From Chiloscyllium plagiosum (Eukaryota), in contig NC_057718.1 of assembly GCF_004010195.1 (NCBI RefSeq), forward strand, positions 61,556,136 through 61,620,135: a stretch of DNA of 64,000 bases. The letters run 5' to 3'. Every line of letters begins with the position of its first letter. Position 1 is the first letter of the stretch. Made by a program: the position numbers and the translations under genes. The notes below the pieces were generated by a model. The model was not told the origin of the DNA. It was given only the letters and a program-made list of their open reading frames with translations, and ran no database searches. Shown here piece by piece: positions 37,514-49,110 of this stretch.

Positions 37514-37897
37514 GGATATTATTTCTGAACATGTCAGATACCACATTGACATCAGGCTTGATAGATTGTTTTTGTTTTAACAAGGTGGTCTTTCACTGAA
37601 GCGCAAGTACTCAATGCTAAAGATTTGGTTTTAACAAAAGAACAAAATATTACATAAAATAAATAAAGAATAAAATAGCATAAACCATGTTATTTAGCAT
37701 ATGAGTTTAAAGATTTCAAAATACATTGCAAAATCTAATCCAATTAGTCACAATAGTAGCCCATCGCAGTACTCAAGTACCAGAAATACAATTCCTTTCT
37801 TTATCACACATCGGCTTTCATTTAGCTATGGTTTCAAATCCCAAACTTGAGAATCTGAAGAGAGCCTCTTCCTTGAATTTTCTTCATCTATACTTAG

Positions 37898-38003
37898 AGA
37901 TTTCTGAGGAAACATCACTCGACCCGAAGCATTAATTCTGCTTTCTCTACACAAATGCTGCCTGACCTGTTGAGCTTTTCCAGCAAATTCTGTTTTTGTT
38001 TCA
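37898..38003 (+). mobile_element. PLE family-2 3' fragment with a degenerate hammerhead
   Basis: ttctgaggaaacatcactcgacccgaagcattaa...gatgctgcc-like...ccagcaaattctgtttttg; related to 46238 and 54001. Confidence 0.65.
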
Positions 38004-38371
38004 AACTTGGGCTTTGTCAGCTTCAAATAGCAAGGGTTAAAGCAAACACTTCTATTCTTATGCTTTAAAACTTAGCTAATTATACTTAGGTAATCTATTT
38101 CATAACAGTGCTAAACCATCTTCTTTCCTCAAGAGCACACATTCAGCAAGACTCTGAAAAACTCCAAACTGAAACCCAAAAGCTTTTTTTTTTCAAGCTA
38201 GTGGGGTTTCTCCTAATCAAAAGAAAACAAAATCAATCTCTGAAATTCTGATGTGAATGTCCAATGTACAACCAGTTACTTTTCTTCTTAAAAACTCACC
38301 CAGTGAAAACAAAACCTCAAATACACCACAAACTCTCTCTCTCTCATACAGTGTTTAAAATAATCACCATG

Positions 38372-39258
38372 GCTGCAGAAAGATAGGTAGAGGGACAGGT
38401 AGTATTGAGGAGATGGGGTGGCTGCAGATGGATCTGGACAGATTAGTAGAATGGGCAAAAAGGTGACAGATGGAAAGTGTGAGGTCATGCACTTTGGTAA
38501 GAGGAACAGAAACATGGACTATTTTCTAAATGGGTAGAAAATTCAGATATCTGAAGTACAAACAGACTTGGAAGTTCTAGTCCAGGATTCTCTCAAGGTA
38601 ATCTTGCAGGTTGAGTCAGTGGTTAGGAAGGGACATGTAATGTTGAAAGGGCTTGAATATTAAAGCAAGGATGTATTTCTGAAGCTCTATAAGGCTCTGG
38701 TCAGACCTGATATGGAGTATTGTGTGCAGTTTTAGGTTCCATAACTCAGGAAGGATGCTTTGGCCCTGGAGTGGGTTCAAAGGAGGTTCATGAGAATAGC
38801 CCCAGGAACAAAAAGACTATGAAGAAGGTTTGAGGACTCTGGGTCTATACTCAATGGAGTTTAGGAGGATGAGGAGGGATCTAATTGAAACTTACAGAAT
38901 ACTGAATGGCCTGGACAGAGTAGATGCTTGGCAAATGTTACCATTGTTAGGAGAGACTAGGAAACTAGGATATAGCCTTAAAGTAAAGGGAAGACCTTTT
39001 AGAACAGAGATAAGGAGAAACATCTTTAGCAAGAGAATGGGGAATCTATGGAATTCTCTGCCACAGAAGGTTGTGGAGGCCAGGTCATGGAATATATTTA
39101 AGATGGAGATAGATAGATTCTTCATTGACAAGGGGATCAAGGGTTATAGAGAGAAAGCAGGAGAATGGGGTTGAGAAACCTATCAGCCATGATGGAATGG
39201 TAGAGTAGACTCGATGGGCTGAATGGCTTAATTTCTGCTCCTAAGTCTTATGATCTTA
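38372..39258 (+). mobile_element. CR1 3' fragment
   Basis: ORF 38830-39174 RRMRRDLIETYRIL...EIRRNIFSKRMGNLWNSLP; tcttatgatctta tail. Confidence 0.9.
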
Positions 39259-39925
39259 AATACTTATATGCTCATCATTAAACCCTTTGGACATACTGAC
39301 CAAAACCCACATGCTACTAGCTCAAATTCAAACTCTTAAATTAAATGATTTTAAAGTATAGACAAATCACAAATCTCATATCATACTTAGGTGACGATTC
39401 CAGACCCTTTGCCCTCAGCACTGAAATGGTTTTCTGATTCATGAACCATATTTGAAAGATGTTCCCAATGTAAGGAATCTCTACGCCTGGCTCTAGCACT
39501 TGGTCTCAACTGTCTTGTTAGTGTCAGATGCAAGTTCACTCCTAGCAAGATACAGCAAACTTCCCACAATGCTAGAGGCCAAGTGCACCCCAGATGTTTA
39601 CAGTTGAAAGTTCTGACAATCTGTTTCTGATGTTATAACAGGAGACCAACAGGATTCCAAAAAGGATTTGAAAGCCCAAATCTATTGAATTAGCATGGGA
39701 GGTGTACTCGTCCATTATCAAATATTATGCTTTTAATGTTAGCTAACTTTGTGCTTTATAGTACAATTTAATTATAAACTATTTTAATAGTCTTTTTGTA
39801 GAAAAACATAGAAGGTAATGCATAAAACCAGGCCATTCATCCCTTCAGTCCATGCTAATGTTTTTGCTCCACTCAAACATTGTCCCATATTTTCTCATCT
39901 AAATGTGCCTTTGTAACCATCTATT

Positions 39926-40080
39926 TGTGACAATGCTGTGGCTTTAAGAGGTATATTTTGTCTTTTTTTTACAAAGAAAGGTTGGAACAAAGGTACCAAG
40001 CAGTCTTCTCAAAGCCAATAAAATAAACAGCTTGTGAGGCCTTGGGAGTTAGAACAATAGAGGCAGCCTGAATGGGTGCA
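39926..40080 (+). mobile_element. Possible LTR 5' fragment
   Basis: Begins tgtgacaatgctgtggctttaagagg, abruptly interrupting a CR1 tail remnant; assignment tentative. Confidence 0.3.
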
Positions 40081-40361
40081 CAGAACTAATTAGATGGCAA
40101 TTAGATCATACCTCCTTGTGAATTCTGTGTACTTGCAGGTAGAGGGCCATTAAGTTTGCCTTTTGATATCATTCTGCTTTTGATGCTTGGACTTGTCTCT
40201 CCTATCTTCTAGTCTTCCTGCCATCTTTTTGATTTCCTGGTGACAACTTCATTTCCTCCTAATTTAGGTTACCCCTCAGCTTTCCACACCTATGGAAAGC
40301 TAGTGTAAACTCAACCCAAGAGGACTAACAAATCAGCTTGCAAAGATGTCAGCCCCAATAG

Positions 40362-40665
40362 TGGGTGGCTCAGTGGTTAGCACTGCTGCCTCACAGCACC
40401 AGGGAGCTGGGTTCAATTCCCGCCTCAGGCAACTGTCTGTGTGGAGTTTTCACATTCTCCCCGTGTCTGCGTGGTTTTCCACCAGGTGCTCCGGTTTCCT
40501 CCCACAGTCCAAAGATGTGCAGGTCAGGTGAATTGGCCATGCTAAATTACCCATAGTGCATTAGTCAGGGGTGAATGTAGGGGAATGGGTCTGGGTCTTC
40601 GGAGGGTTGGTGTGGACTTGTTGGGCCGAAGGGCCTGTTTCCGCACTGTAGGGAATCTAATCAAA
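40362..40665 (+). mobile_element. HE1-type V-SINE
   Basis: Complete head, V-domain and tail. Confidence 0.92.
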
Positions 40666-41092
40666 TCAATCCAGTTAAGGTGTAACCTGTGCCACTTGTA
40701 CTGGTCGCATCTGCCCCAGAACTGGAAACAGGTCCTCAGAAATCTGATGTCCATCCTCCTGTACCAGTATGGCAGCTATGTGTGCAATTAATCAATCCTC
40801 CCTTCCTTATGCTCATTAGCACACAACACTGGGAGTAATCCTGAGATTGCTGATACGGCTTTCTCAATTCCTTCCTAACTCCCTGCAAGCTGCCTTCAAG
40901 ACGTCTTCCCTCTTCGGACTGATGACCTTCATACCAATGTGGAGCGTGACTTCTGACTGATCCCTGTCCCTCAGAAGGATGTCCTGCAGTTGCTATGTGA
41001 CATCCTTGACCCTGGCACCAGAAAGAGAGCCTACCATACTGGAGTCACATTTACTGTCACGCAAATGCCTGTCTAATGCCCTGACTATGGAT

Positions 41093-41456
41093 TTTTTTTC
41101 TTTATGCAATTATGGGATGAGGGCATCACTGGCTAGGAGCATTTATTGCCATCCCTAGTTTCCCAGATGGCGATTGACAGTCAACCACATTGCTGTGGGT
41201 CTGGAGTCGCATGTAGGCCAGACCAGGTAAGGATGGCAGTTTCCTTCCCAAAAGAACATCAGTGAACCAAATAGGTTTTTCCAATAATTGACAAATGATT
41301 TGTGATCATCATTAAAATCTTCATTCCAGATTTCCCTTTTATTAAATTCAAATTCTCCTATATGCCATGGCAGGATTCAAACCCACGTGCCCAGTGCATT
41401 ATTTGGGTCTCCAGATTAATAGTCCAGTGATAATATCACTAGGCCATCACGCCCCC
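41093..41456 (-). mobile_element. tRNA-derived SINE, family B
   Basis: cagtcaaccacattgctgtgggtctggagtcgcatgtaggccagaccaggtaaggatggcag. Confidence 0.85.
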
Positions 41457-41710
41457 ATGTAATTATTCCACTTCCATTCTTCTTCCCTCTCCCCTGTACA
41501 GCTGAGTCACCCATCATTCAATGGCTGCAGATCCTGAGGAACCTTCAGTTTGCAAAATGGAATACCAGTTACAAACAGGGTGGGCTCAGGGAACTCCTGC
41601 ACTATCTGCTTGTTTATCTTTTGACTACCTGGTATGCATCCATTCCTCTCTGTCTACACACCTTGAATCTATAGTGTGACTCCCCTTCAAGTATTTGAAT
41701 CCATATCATC

Positions 41711-42223
41711 CGTTGGAACTGGGGTAAAGTGAAGGGAGGGGAAATGAGGAAACTGGTGAAGTCCACATTGATGCACTGGGGTTGACGTTTTCTGAGGCGG
41801 AAGGGTGCCTCATCTTCCATCTCGGAACACTTCAACCCTAGGGCATCAAGGTGGACTTCACCAGTTTTCTCATTTTCCCTCCCCTTCTTACCCCAGTTCC
41901 AACCTTCCAGCTCAGCACCATCCTCATGACCTGCCCTACCTGCCAATCTCCCTTCCCACTTATCAGCTCCACCCTCCTCTCTGACCTATCACCTTTATCC
42001 CCACCTCCATCCACCTATTGCACTTTTAGCTACCTTCTTCCCAGCCCCACCCCTCCCATTTCTCTCTCCAACCCAGAGGCTTCCAGCCTCATTTCTGATG
42101 AAAGGCTCCTGCCCGAAACATTGATTTTCCTGCTCCTTGGATGCTGCCTGACCTGTTGCGCTTTTCCAGCACCACTCTAATCTTGACTCTGATCTCCAGC
42201 ATCTGCAGTCCTCACTTTCACCT
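41711..42223 (+). mobile_element. PLE family-1 3' fragment with an inverted 5' segment
   Basis: Encodes the ORF end LIFHLGTLQP*GIKVDFTSF; 41713-41803 is an inverted copy of about 41812-41905; hammerhead-like ctgatgaaaggctcctgcccgaaac at about 42095; family tail. Confidence 0.85.
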
Positions 42224-42743
42224 ACTTACTGTAAGATGTACGCTCCACCTGGCCCTTCTGACCTGCCATCTTGTAACTCTAAAGATTATTTTTTTCCCCT
42301 TGGAATAAGACTGGACTTCCTATGAAAACTAAATAACCTCATACAGGAAAAGAGAAAGGAGGTTTACAGAATTTAACATAAACTAAATATCGAACTTCTA
42401 CTTTAAAGATTGGAACTACTCATCAATCAACTCTCTTCCCTGCAGTCATCATATCAAGTTGCCATTGGTCTCAGTATAGGTAGACCTCTCAATCTGTATC
42501 TTATTTCCTATCCGACTCACCTGTCATTCTGGAAACGTCATTTCTAGATGTAAATTTTATTTAAAATTCTTTCCTCCCAGCCCAAATTCCCACTTCAACC
42601 TAAATTCCCAATTACTCGTTCTGTCTCAGTTTCACTCTGACCATGTAGCTTACCTTGCGGTTTGAATAAGTCCTCCTTTTCTACAGGGCTCTAATGAATC
42701 AATTGATTGTCTTAAATCCCTGTTCCAGTTATCAACAAGTTCA

Positions 42744-42813
42744 AATGTTTGATGGATAACTACTACTATTGGGCAGCTAATGTTTGATGGATAACTACTA
42801 CTATTGGGCAGCT
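42744..42813. repeat. Perfect 35-bp tandem duplication
   Basis: aatgtttgatggataactactactattgggcagct x2. Confidence 0.95.
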
Positions 42814-43124
42814 GCCTATTAAACTTGGTTAATTTAACATTGCTAAAGTCTATTTATCTTGGTCTGATTCTGATGTTTACTCAATAATTAAACTTGCAAA
42901 ACATTTACCAGTGAAATTGTCAGATTGAATTGAGTTCCCAGTTTCTTCATCTGCCTCTGTTTAACTCCTGCGAAGTCTCACTCACCCAAACTGTGCAGTT
43001 TACAAACCTCCCTCATACCTCTATTTTCCTTTCACAGTATTTTAACCAGGACTGCATTCAGTACTCCAAATGTACTAACCAAGTATCTAACTATGGTTCA
43101 ATATCGGTTTAGCAATTCATTAAA

Positions 43125-43490
43125 TCTTTTGTAGGAAGTAGGTATTAGCAAGGTCAGCATTTGCTGCTCATCCCAAATTGCCCTTGAACTGAGTGGCTCA
43201 CCATCTCAGATTATAATAACAGTGTATAACATTGCTGTAGGTCACAGTCAAACTAGATAAGGATGATAAATTTCTTTCCCGACTGGAAATTAGTGAACAA
43301 GATGGAATTTTACATACATTGACAATAGCTCTCATGGTTGTGATAACTGAGACTAGTTTTATATTCCAGATTTATTAATTGCATATAAATTCCACCAGCT
43401 GTCATAATATAATCTGAACCTGTGTCCCCAGCGTATTAGTCTGGACCTCTGGATTATGAATCCAGTGAAAGCACCATAATGCCACCAGTT
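43125..43490 (-). mobile_element. tRNA-derived SINE, family B (older copy)
   Basis: cagcatttgctgctcatcccaaattgcccttgaactgagtggc...attagtgaacaagatgg...tgaacctgtgtccccag. Confidence 0.7.
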
Positions 43491-45005
43491 TCCTGTAACC
43501 TTGTAATTCTCATCCTCCTAAATGAAAAGAGATCTATTTGTATGTGCTAGCATGTCTTAACACCACATTATTAGCTAATTTCACCTCAGTGATGTGCAGT
43601 TTCTATTCTCCTCTCCACTGGTTAGAAAGTAAATGGTGTTAGTGGTGACTCCAGTTCACCACTTACTCCTCTGGCCCTCCATCATAAACATCAGTCGCCA
43701 ACATGTCATGACATGTTCCATGGGTGGCAACTGCCCAAATCCTCCATCAATGGATACAGGCATAGGACATGTACCACCTCACCCCACCCTCATGACAAAT
43801 TTTCAATCCACTTATAATACAATGCTGCACATTTGGGATACATTGTCACCAATCATTAGAATTCAAATGCCCAGGGTACTTTCTGCGCAGGAACATGGGG
43901 ATTCACCTCAATGATTTGATCAGAGTCCATCACAGGATTCCTCGCTTGCTCTTTATAGTGCTCATTCATTTTATGCCTACTTCGATACTCACAGCATCTC
44001 TGCTTTGCTTTTGCCTTATGTGCTTTGCCCTTTAGCCAGAGGTTAAAAGTGCACAATCTTTTGACTGCCTTTTAAATGCAGATACAAAGCCTAGCAGCTT
44101 GTCATTCATGTCAGCAGCCATCAGTCAAGGGTGTGAGCATGTTGTTGTACGACTTCATGGAATGTCAATTTCACACCTGAACCATGTACCAACAGCTTAT
44201 GCAGCAAACAGACCGCATAATCTTCAAACAGATAGCCATGTCTCAAAGTCAAAAGCCAGTAGTCCTCTGTCAAGACAAGGGAAATATCCATCCATCATGG
44301 GGTCCAGGCACAGAAAATCAAGGGCAATCTCCAATATCAGTCCAGGGGCTTGAGCAGACTCGGTCAGCCAAGAGCTCAGGGCCAGGATTCTCTTCTTGTA
44401 GGAGAGAATTCTCTCCTTGAGGAATACTTAATGTCAGACATCTCATCATCTGCCTTGACTCTCTCCACTCTATTGTGGGCTTTCTTCTCCTAGAATGAGA
44501 CAAAGGGAGGGATTAAGTGAGATGAAAATGTTAGTGCTGGCAGAGATGGAGGAAAGATGATGAGGTGGATCAAGTGAGAGACTAAGTAGCACAAAAGGCA
44601 TTTGGGGTTAGTAGGGTGGGAAATTGAATGGTTGAGAGGAAGTGCATGCGACAGTGAGAGCAATGGGAGCCTTGATGGGAGGTGGGAGCAGTAGAAGACA
44701 GAAAATGATTGCTTGCTCCACAGACTATGAGCTATATCATCGATCTTCTTATAGTTTTACTGGATATTCCACTGGACCATAAAAACAGCACTAGCCATGA
44801 TAGCAATCTCCTACCAAACTGGCAGCATCTGGTGCCATTGTTTCCTATGCCAGTGCTGAATAAAAAGAATAGCCCACAGTCTGCACCTCCCAAGGGGAGC
44901 AAGGAAATGGCAGCAGCATTTAAACAAATATTTGGCATCAGTTGTTATGATGAAAAATACTTCAAATATCCCATTAATACTAAAGAACTCAAGGGGAAGA
45001 ATTAA

Positions 45006-46024
45006 ACCGACCGACTCCCACAGCTACCTAGACTACACCTCCTCCCACCCTGCCCCCTGTAAAAACGCGATCCCATATTCCCAATTCCTTCATCTCCGCC
45101 ACATCTGCTCCCAGAAGGACCAGTTCCAAAACCGTACAACCCAGATGGCCTCCTTCTTCAAGGACCGCAATTTCCCCCCAGACGTGGTCGACGATGCCCT
45201 CCACCGCATCTCTTCCACTTCCCGCTCCTCCGCCCTTGAGCCCCGCCCCCCCAACCGCCACCAGGACAGAACCCCACTGGTCCACACCTACCACCCCACC
45301 AATCTCCATGTACAGCGCATCATCCACCGTCACTTCCGCCACCTCCAAACAGACCCAGCACCAAGGATATATTTCCCTCCCCTCCCCTAACAGCATTCCG
45401 TAAAGACCACTCCCNNNNNNNNNNNNNNNNNNNNNNNNNNNNNNNNNNNNNNNNNNNNNNNNNNNNNNNNNNNNNNNNNNNNNNNNNNNNNNNNNNNNNN
45501 NNNNNNNNNNNNNNNNNNNNNNNNNNNNNNNNNNNNNNNNNNNNNNNNNNNNNNNNNNNNNNNNNNNNNNNNNNNNNNNNNNNNNNNNNNNNNNNNNNNN
45601 NNNNNNNNNNNNNNNNNNNNNNNNNNNNNNNNNNNNNNNNNNNNNNNNNNNNNNNNNNNNNNNNNNNNNNNNNNNNNNNNNNNNNNNNNNNNNNNNNNNN
45701 NNNNNNNNNNNNNNNNNNNNNNNNNNNNNNNNNNNNNNNNNNNNNNNNNNNNNNNNNNNNNNNNNNNNNNNNNNNNNNNNNNNNNNNNNNNNNNNNNNNN
45801 NNNNNNNNNNNNNNNNNNNNNNNNNNNNNNNNNNNNNNNNNNNNNNNNNNNNNNNNNNNNNNNNNNNNNNNNNNNNNNNNNNNNNNNNNNNNNNNNNNNN
45901 NNNNNNNNNNNNNNNNNNNNNNNNNNNNNNNNNNNNNNNCCTTGGATGCTGCCTGACCTGCTGCGCTTTTCCAGCAACACATTTTCAGCTCTGATCTCCA
46001 GCATCTGCAGTCCTCACTTTCTCC
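45006..46024 (+). mobile_element. 5'-truncated Penelope-like element (family 1) with RT C-terminal coding region
   Basis: KPTDSHSYLDYTSSHP..CKNAIPYSQFL.LR.ICS is a PLE RT thumb motif; family-1 tail follows the gap; 12-bp TSD gggaagaattaa (44994-45005, 46025-46036). Confidence 0.9.
45415..45940. other. Assembly gap (N run)
   Basis: Directly visible. Confidence 1.
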
Positions 46025-46237
46025 GGGAAGAATTAAGTACCAACATCATCACTAATAAAATAATATTAGAAAACTAATATGGCTAAAAGCAAATAGGTCC
46101 ATTGGCTCTAATGGCTTGCATCCTGGAATCCTAAAGGAGTTGGCTACAAAGAAAATTGATGCATTCGTTGTAATTTTCCAAAAGGTGTTGTTTACTGGAG
46201 AAGTACCAGAGGACAGGAAAACTGCAATTGTAACTCA

Positions 46238-46449
46238 TAAACAGAAATTCCTGGAAACACTTAGCAGGTCTGACAGCATCATTGGACAAAAAGAGAGTTA
46301 ACACTTCAGATGCTCAGGAGAAGGGTCACTAAACCGGAAATGTAACTATGCTTTCTCTCTACAGCTGCTGCCATAGCTGCTGAGTTTTTCCAGCAATTTC
46401 TGTTTTTGTTGCTGATTTCCAGCATCTGAAGTTCTTCGAGTTTTTTTTT
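46238..46449 (+). mobile_element. PLE family-2 fold-back mini-insertion in a CR1
   Basis: aaacagaaattcctggaaacacttagcag is inverted against ctgctgagtttttccagcaatttctgttt; degenerate hammerhead in the centre. Confidence 0.7.
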
Positions 46450-48904
46450 GCTGATGTGTCACCTCTTTTCAAAATGGGAGGGGAGCAACAATTAGGTAAC
46501 TATCGGTCAATTCACCTGACATCTACTGTTGGAAAACCATTGGAATCAATTATTAAGGAAGTAGTAGCTTTGGAAAATCAGAACCTAAGGAAGGAGAGTC
46601 AGCATGGCTTCATAAAAGGGAAATCATGTTTGACTAATTTATTAGAGATTTTCAAGGCCATTCAAACCAGAGTGAATAAAGGGGAAGCAGTAGATGTGAT
46701 GAATTTGGACTTCCAGAAGGCTTTTAACAAGGTACATTACAAAAGATTAAGTCATAAGACCCCACGGAGTTTAAGGTAGTATATTGGCATCAATATAGAA
46801 TTGGCTGATGGCCAGGAAACAGCAAGTGGGGGTAAGGAGTTCTTTTTCAGGTTGGTGATCTATGACCAGTGGTGTTTCACAGGAACCAATGCTGGGACTC
46901 CAATATATATCAATGAATTGATGGAAGCAAGTGAATGTACTGTACAACATTTGCAGCTGACACAAAATAAGTGGAAAGGCAAGTTGAAAAAGGGATACAG
47001 TTTATAAGGAGCTATTGATAGATTACATAAGCACATAATAAATTGACAAATAAAGTATAATCTGGGAAATTATCATTTTGGAAGGTAAAAAATAGAACAG
47101 AATATTATTTGAATGGAGGAAAATTGCAGAAAAGCTGCAACACAAAGGGATTTAGGGAATACTTGTCAGCAAAACACAGAAAACTAGCACAAAGGTACAG
47201 CAGGTGATCAGGAAGGCTAATGGAATTTTGGCCCTTATTTCAAAGGGGTTAGAGTATAAGAGTAGGGAAGTCTTACTGCAAATGTACAAGACGCTGGTGA
47301 GACCATATCGGGAGAACTGTGAGCATTTTTGTATCCTCTTATTTAAAGAAGGATTTCATAGGCGGTAGTTCAAAGAAGGTTCACCAGGATGATCCTGGTC
47401 TGCAGGGATTGTTTTACAAGCAAAGGCTAAACAGATTGGGATCCTAGTCACTGGAGTTTAGAAGAATGAGAGGTAATCTCATTGAAACATACAGGATTGT
47501 TAAGGGGCTTGACAGGATAAATGCTAAAAGAATGTTTCACCTCACGGGAGAGTCTAGGACCAGAGGACATAGTTTTAGAGTTAATGGATGCTAGCCTAAG
47601 ACTGAGATGAGGAGGAATTACTTCTCTCAGAGGGTTGAGGGTCTTTGAAATTCCTTGCTACAGACAACTATGGGAACCAAGTTCTTGTGTATATTTAAAA
47701 CTGAGATAGATAGGTTCTTGATTATTAGGGGAATCAAGGAATTTAGGGAAATGGCAGGAAAGTGAACATGAGGAAGGTCAGATCAGCCTGATCCTGCACA
47801 TGATACGGCAGGCTCAAGGGGCCAAATGGCCAACTCCTGTTCCCACTTCACATGGTTTTATGGTCATATGCTTTTAGGGGTCGTCCACCAAGACCTCTAG
47901 GTCCCTATCAGCAAAATGGGGCACAATTCCTCTCTGTCTGACGTGTCTGTGGCAATTAACAGGAGCAATGAAAGGCAACTTTTGTCTGACACTAAGTGTA
48001 CTGCCATCGGTGAAAATGGTACCAATGCCAGGAGTTCTGCCAACACAGAAATTTTTGTTTGCCAATTGAGAGGAAAGGTGATTCTAAAATCACTGAACTG
48101 CAAACCAGCACACCTAAAAACATTTTGAAAGTTGTTACTTTTGCTTGCCCTTCTCAATATTTGCTGGTAGGAGAAACATGTCTCTTAATGAAACTTTACA
48201 GCAGATGTCCACCCCAACACCCAACTCCACCAAGGCCTCTGCAGCACCACCAGACCCCAGCTCAATTAGCCAACAAAGTCAATAAAATAATATATTAGTT
48301 GTTTTCAGGGGCATAATTACAGTCATGTTTGAGAGGTCAGACTATCAGATAGTGTAGCTTATTGTTATTGTGATATAAAGCACTTAGCTTGCTTTGTACA
48401 ATTTATGGTGGAACAGAAATACAGGTCAAGTATGGTAGAATGACTAAGTGGTCATTAATTTGGTTTAATGCTGCAACTAATAGAAGTGCACAGACATTAT
48501 TTTAGAAAGTGAAAATTTTGCTAATTATGATAAGGCAGTATGCCAAGCAAGCCCCATCTTGAAAACAAAAATTGTAAAATATTAGATCAAGTCCAAACTC
48601 TGATGAGGGAAAATGAATTTTTTAATGCTTTTTTTTTGTCTCTTTAGTTCAATCTGTCTCCTTCTACTTGTCCTTCATGACTTTTCTTTCCTCTGTCATT
48701 TTAATTAACACATGGGTTTTCACGAAGACACATCATAGGTTCAAGCTGTTTGTTAACAAAGGCCAACACAAGCAAGACATTTATTCAGCAGGAATGATCA
48801 CAAAAACTATCACAGTGGTACATTGTTTTTCTAAGTTGAACAATGCATTTTATTCTAAACTAGCAGATCTCCATTGGCAAGGTAAGCATGAAAATGAAGG
48901 AAGA

Positions 48905-49110
48905 TAAAGTCACCATAGTCCTCCCAGATCAAAGGGCTGCTCTCTCTTTTAAGAGAGGTGACTGGTGGTGCTTTAATCTGAGGGTCACCACAACGTAAGC
49001 CAAGGGAATGGCTGAAAAGGAAAGTCCTTTGCAGTAACATTGGCCAGTGCAGGAATTGAACACGCACTGTTAGCACTACCCTATATCATGAACAAGCTGT
49101 TCAGCCACAA
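48905..49110 (-). mobile_element. tRNA-derived SINE, family C
   Basis: Reverse complement is similar to 14370-14575; reverse B-box ggaattgaac. Confidence 0.65.

Larger units (their letters stand above)
40260..42260 (-). mobile_element. Old CR1 ORF1 (esterase) region, split by three later insertions
   Basis: ORF 40542-40754 IRFLRTCFQFWGRCDQYKWHRLHLNW (cf. FLDHW..FWGR.DLYK.DGLHLN); reverse ggtgccagggtcaaggatgtc at about 41000. Confidence 0.75.
44893..47872 (+). mobile_element. CR1 subfamily A ORF2 and 3' UTR, decayed
   Basis: ORFs 46116-46301 (HPGILKELA...GEVPEDRKTA) and 46456-46779 (GNYRSIHLTS...QHGFIKGKSCLTNL...DFQKAFNKV). Confidence 0.9.
44380..47950 (-). pseudogene. Harbinger Myb/SANT-like DNA-binding gene remnant, split by a CR1
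   Basis: N-terminus VPHFADRDLEVLVD (about 47925-47880); continues AILF...PVW*EIA...YKKIDDI (44875-44725); after an intron ending TAG at 44490, EKKAHNRVERVKA (cf. KxAHNRRExxKTGGG). Confidence 0.65.

Noticed and set aside
40362..40435. tRNA genes
   Set aside because: The A/B-box heads continue directly into SINE bodies, and no complete cloverleaf is evident
45320..46004. Long minus-strand ORFs (also 58927-59522)
   Set aside because: Open only because they read through N gaps
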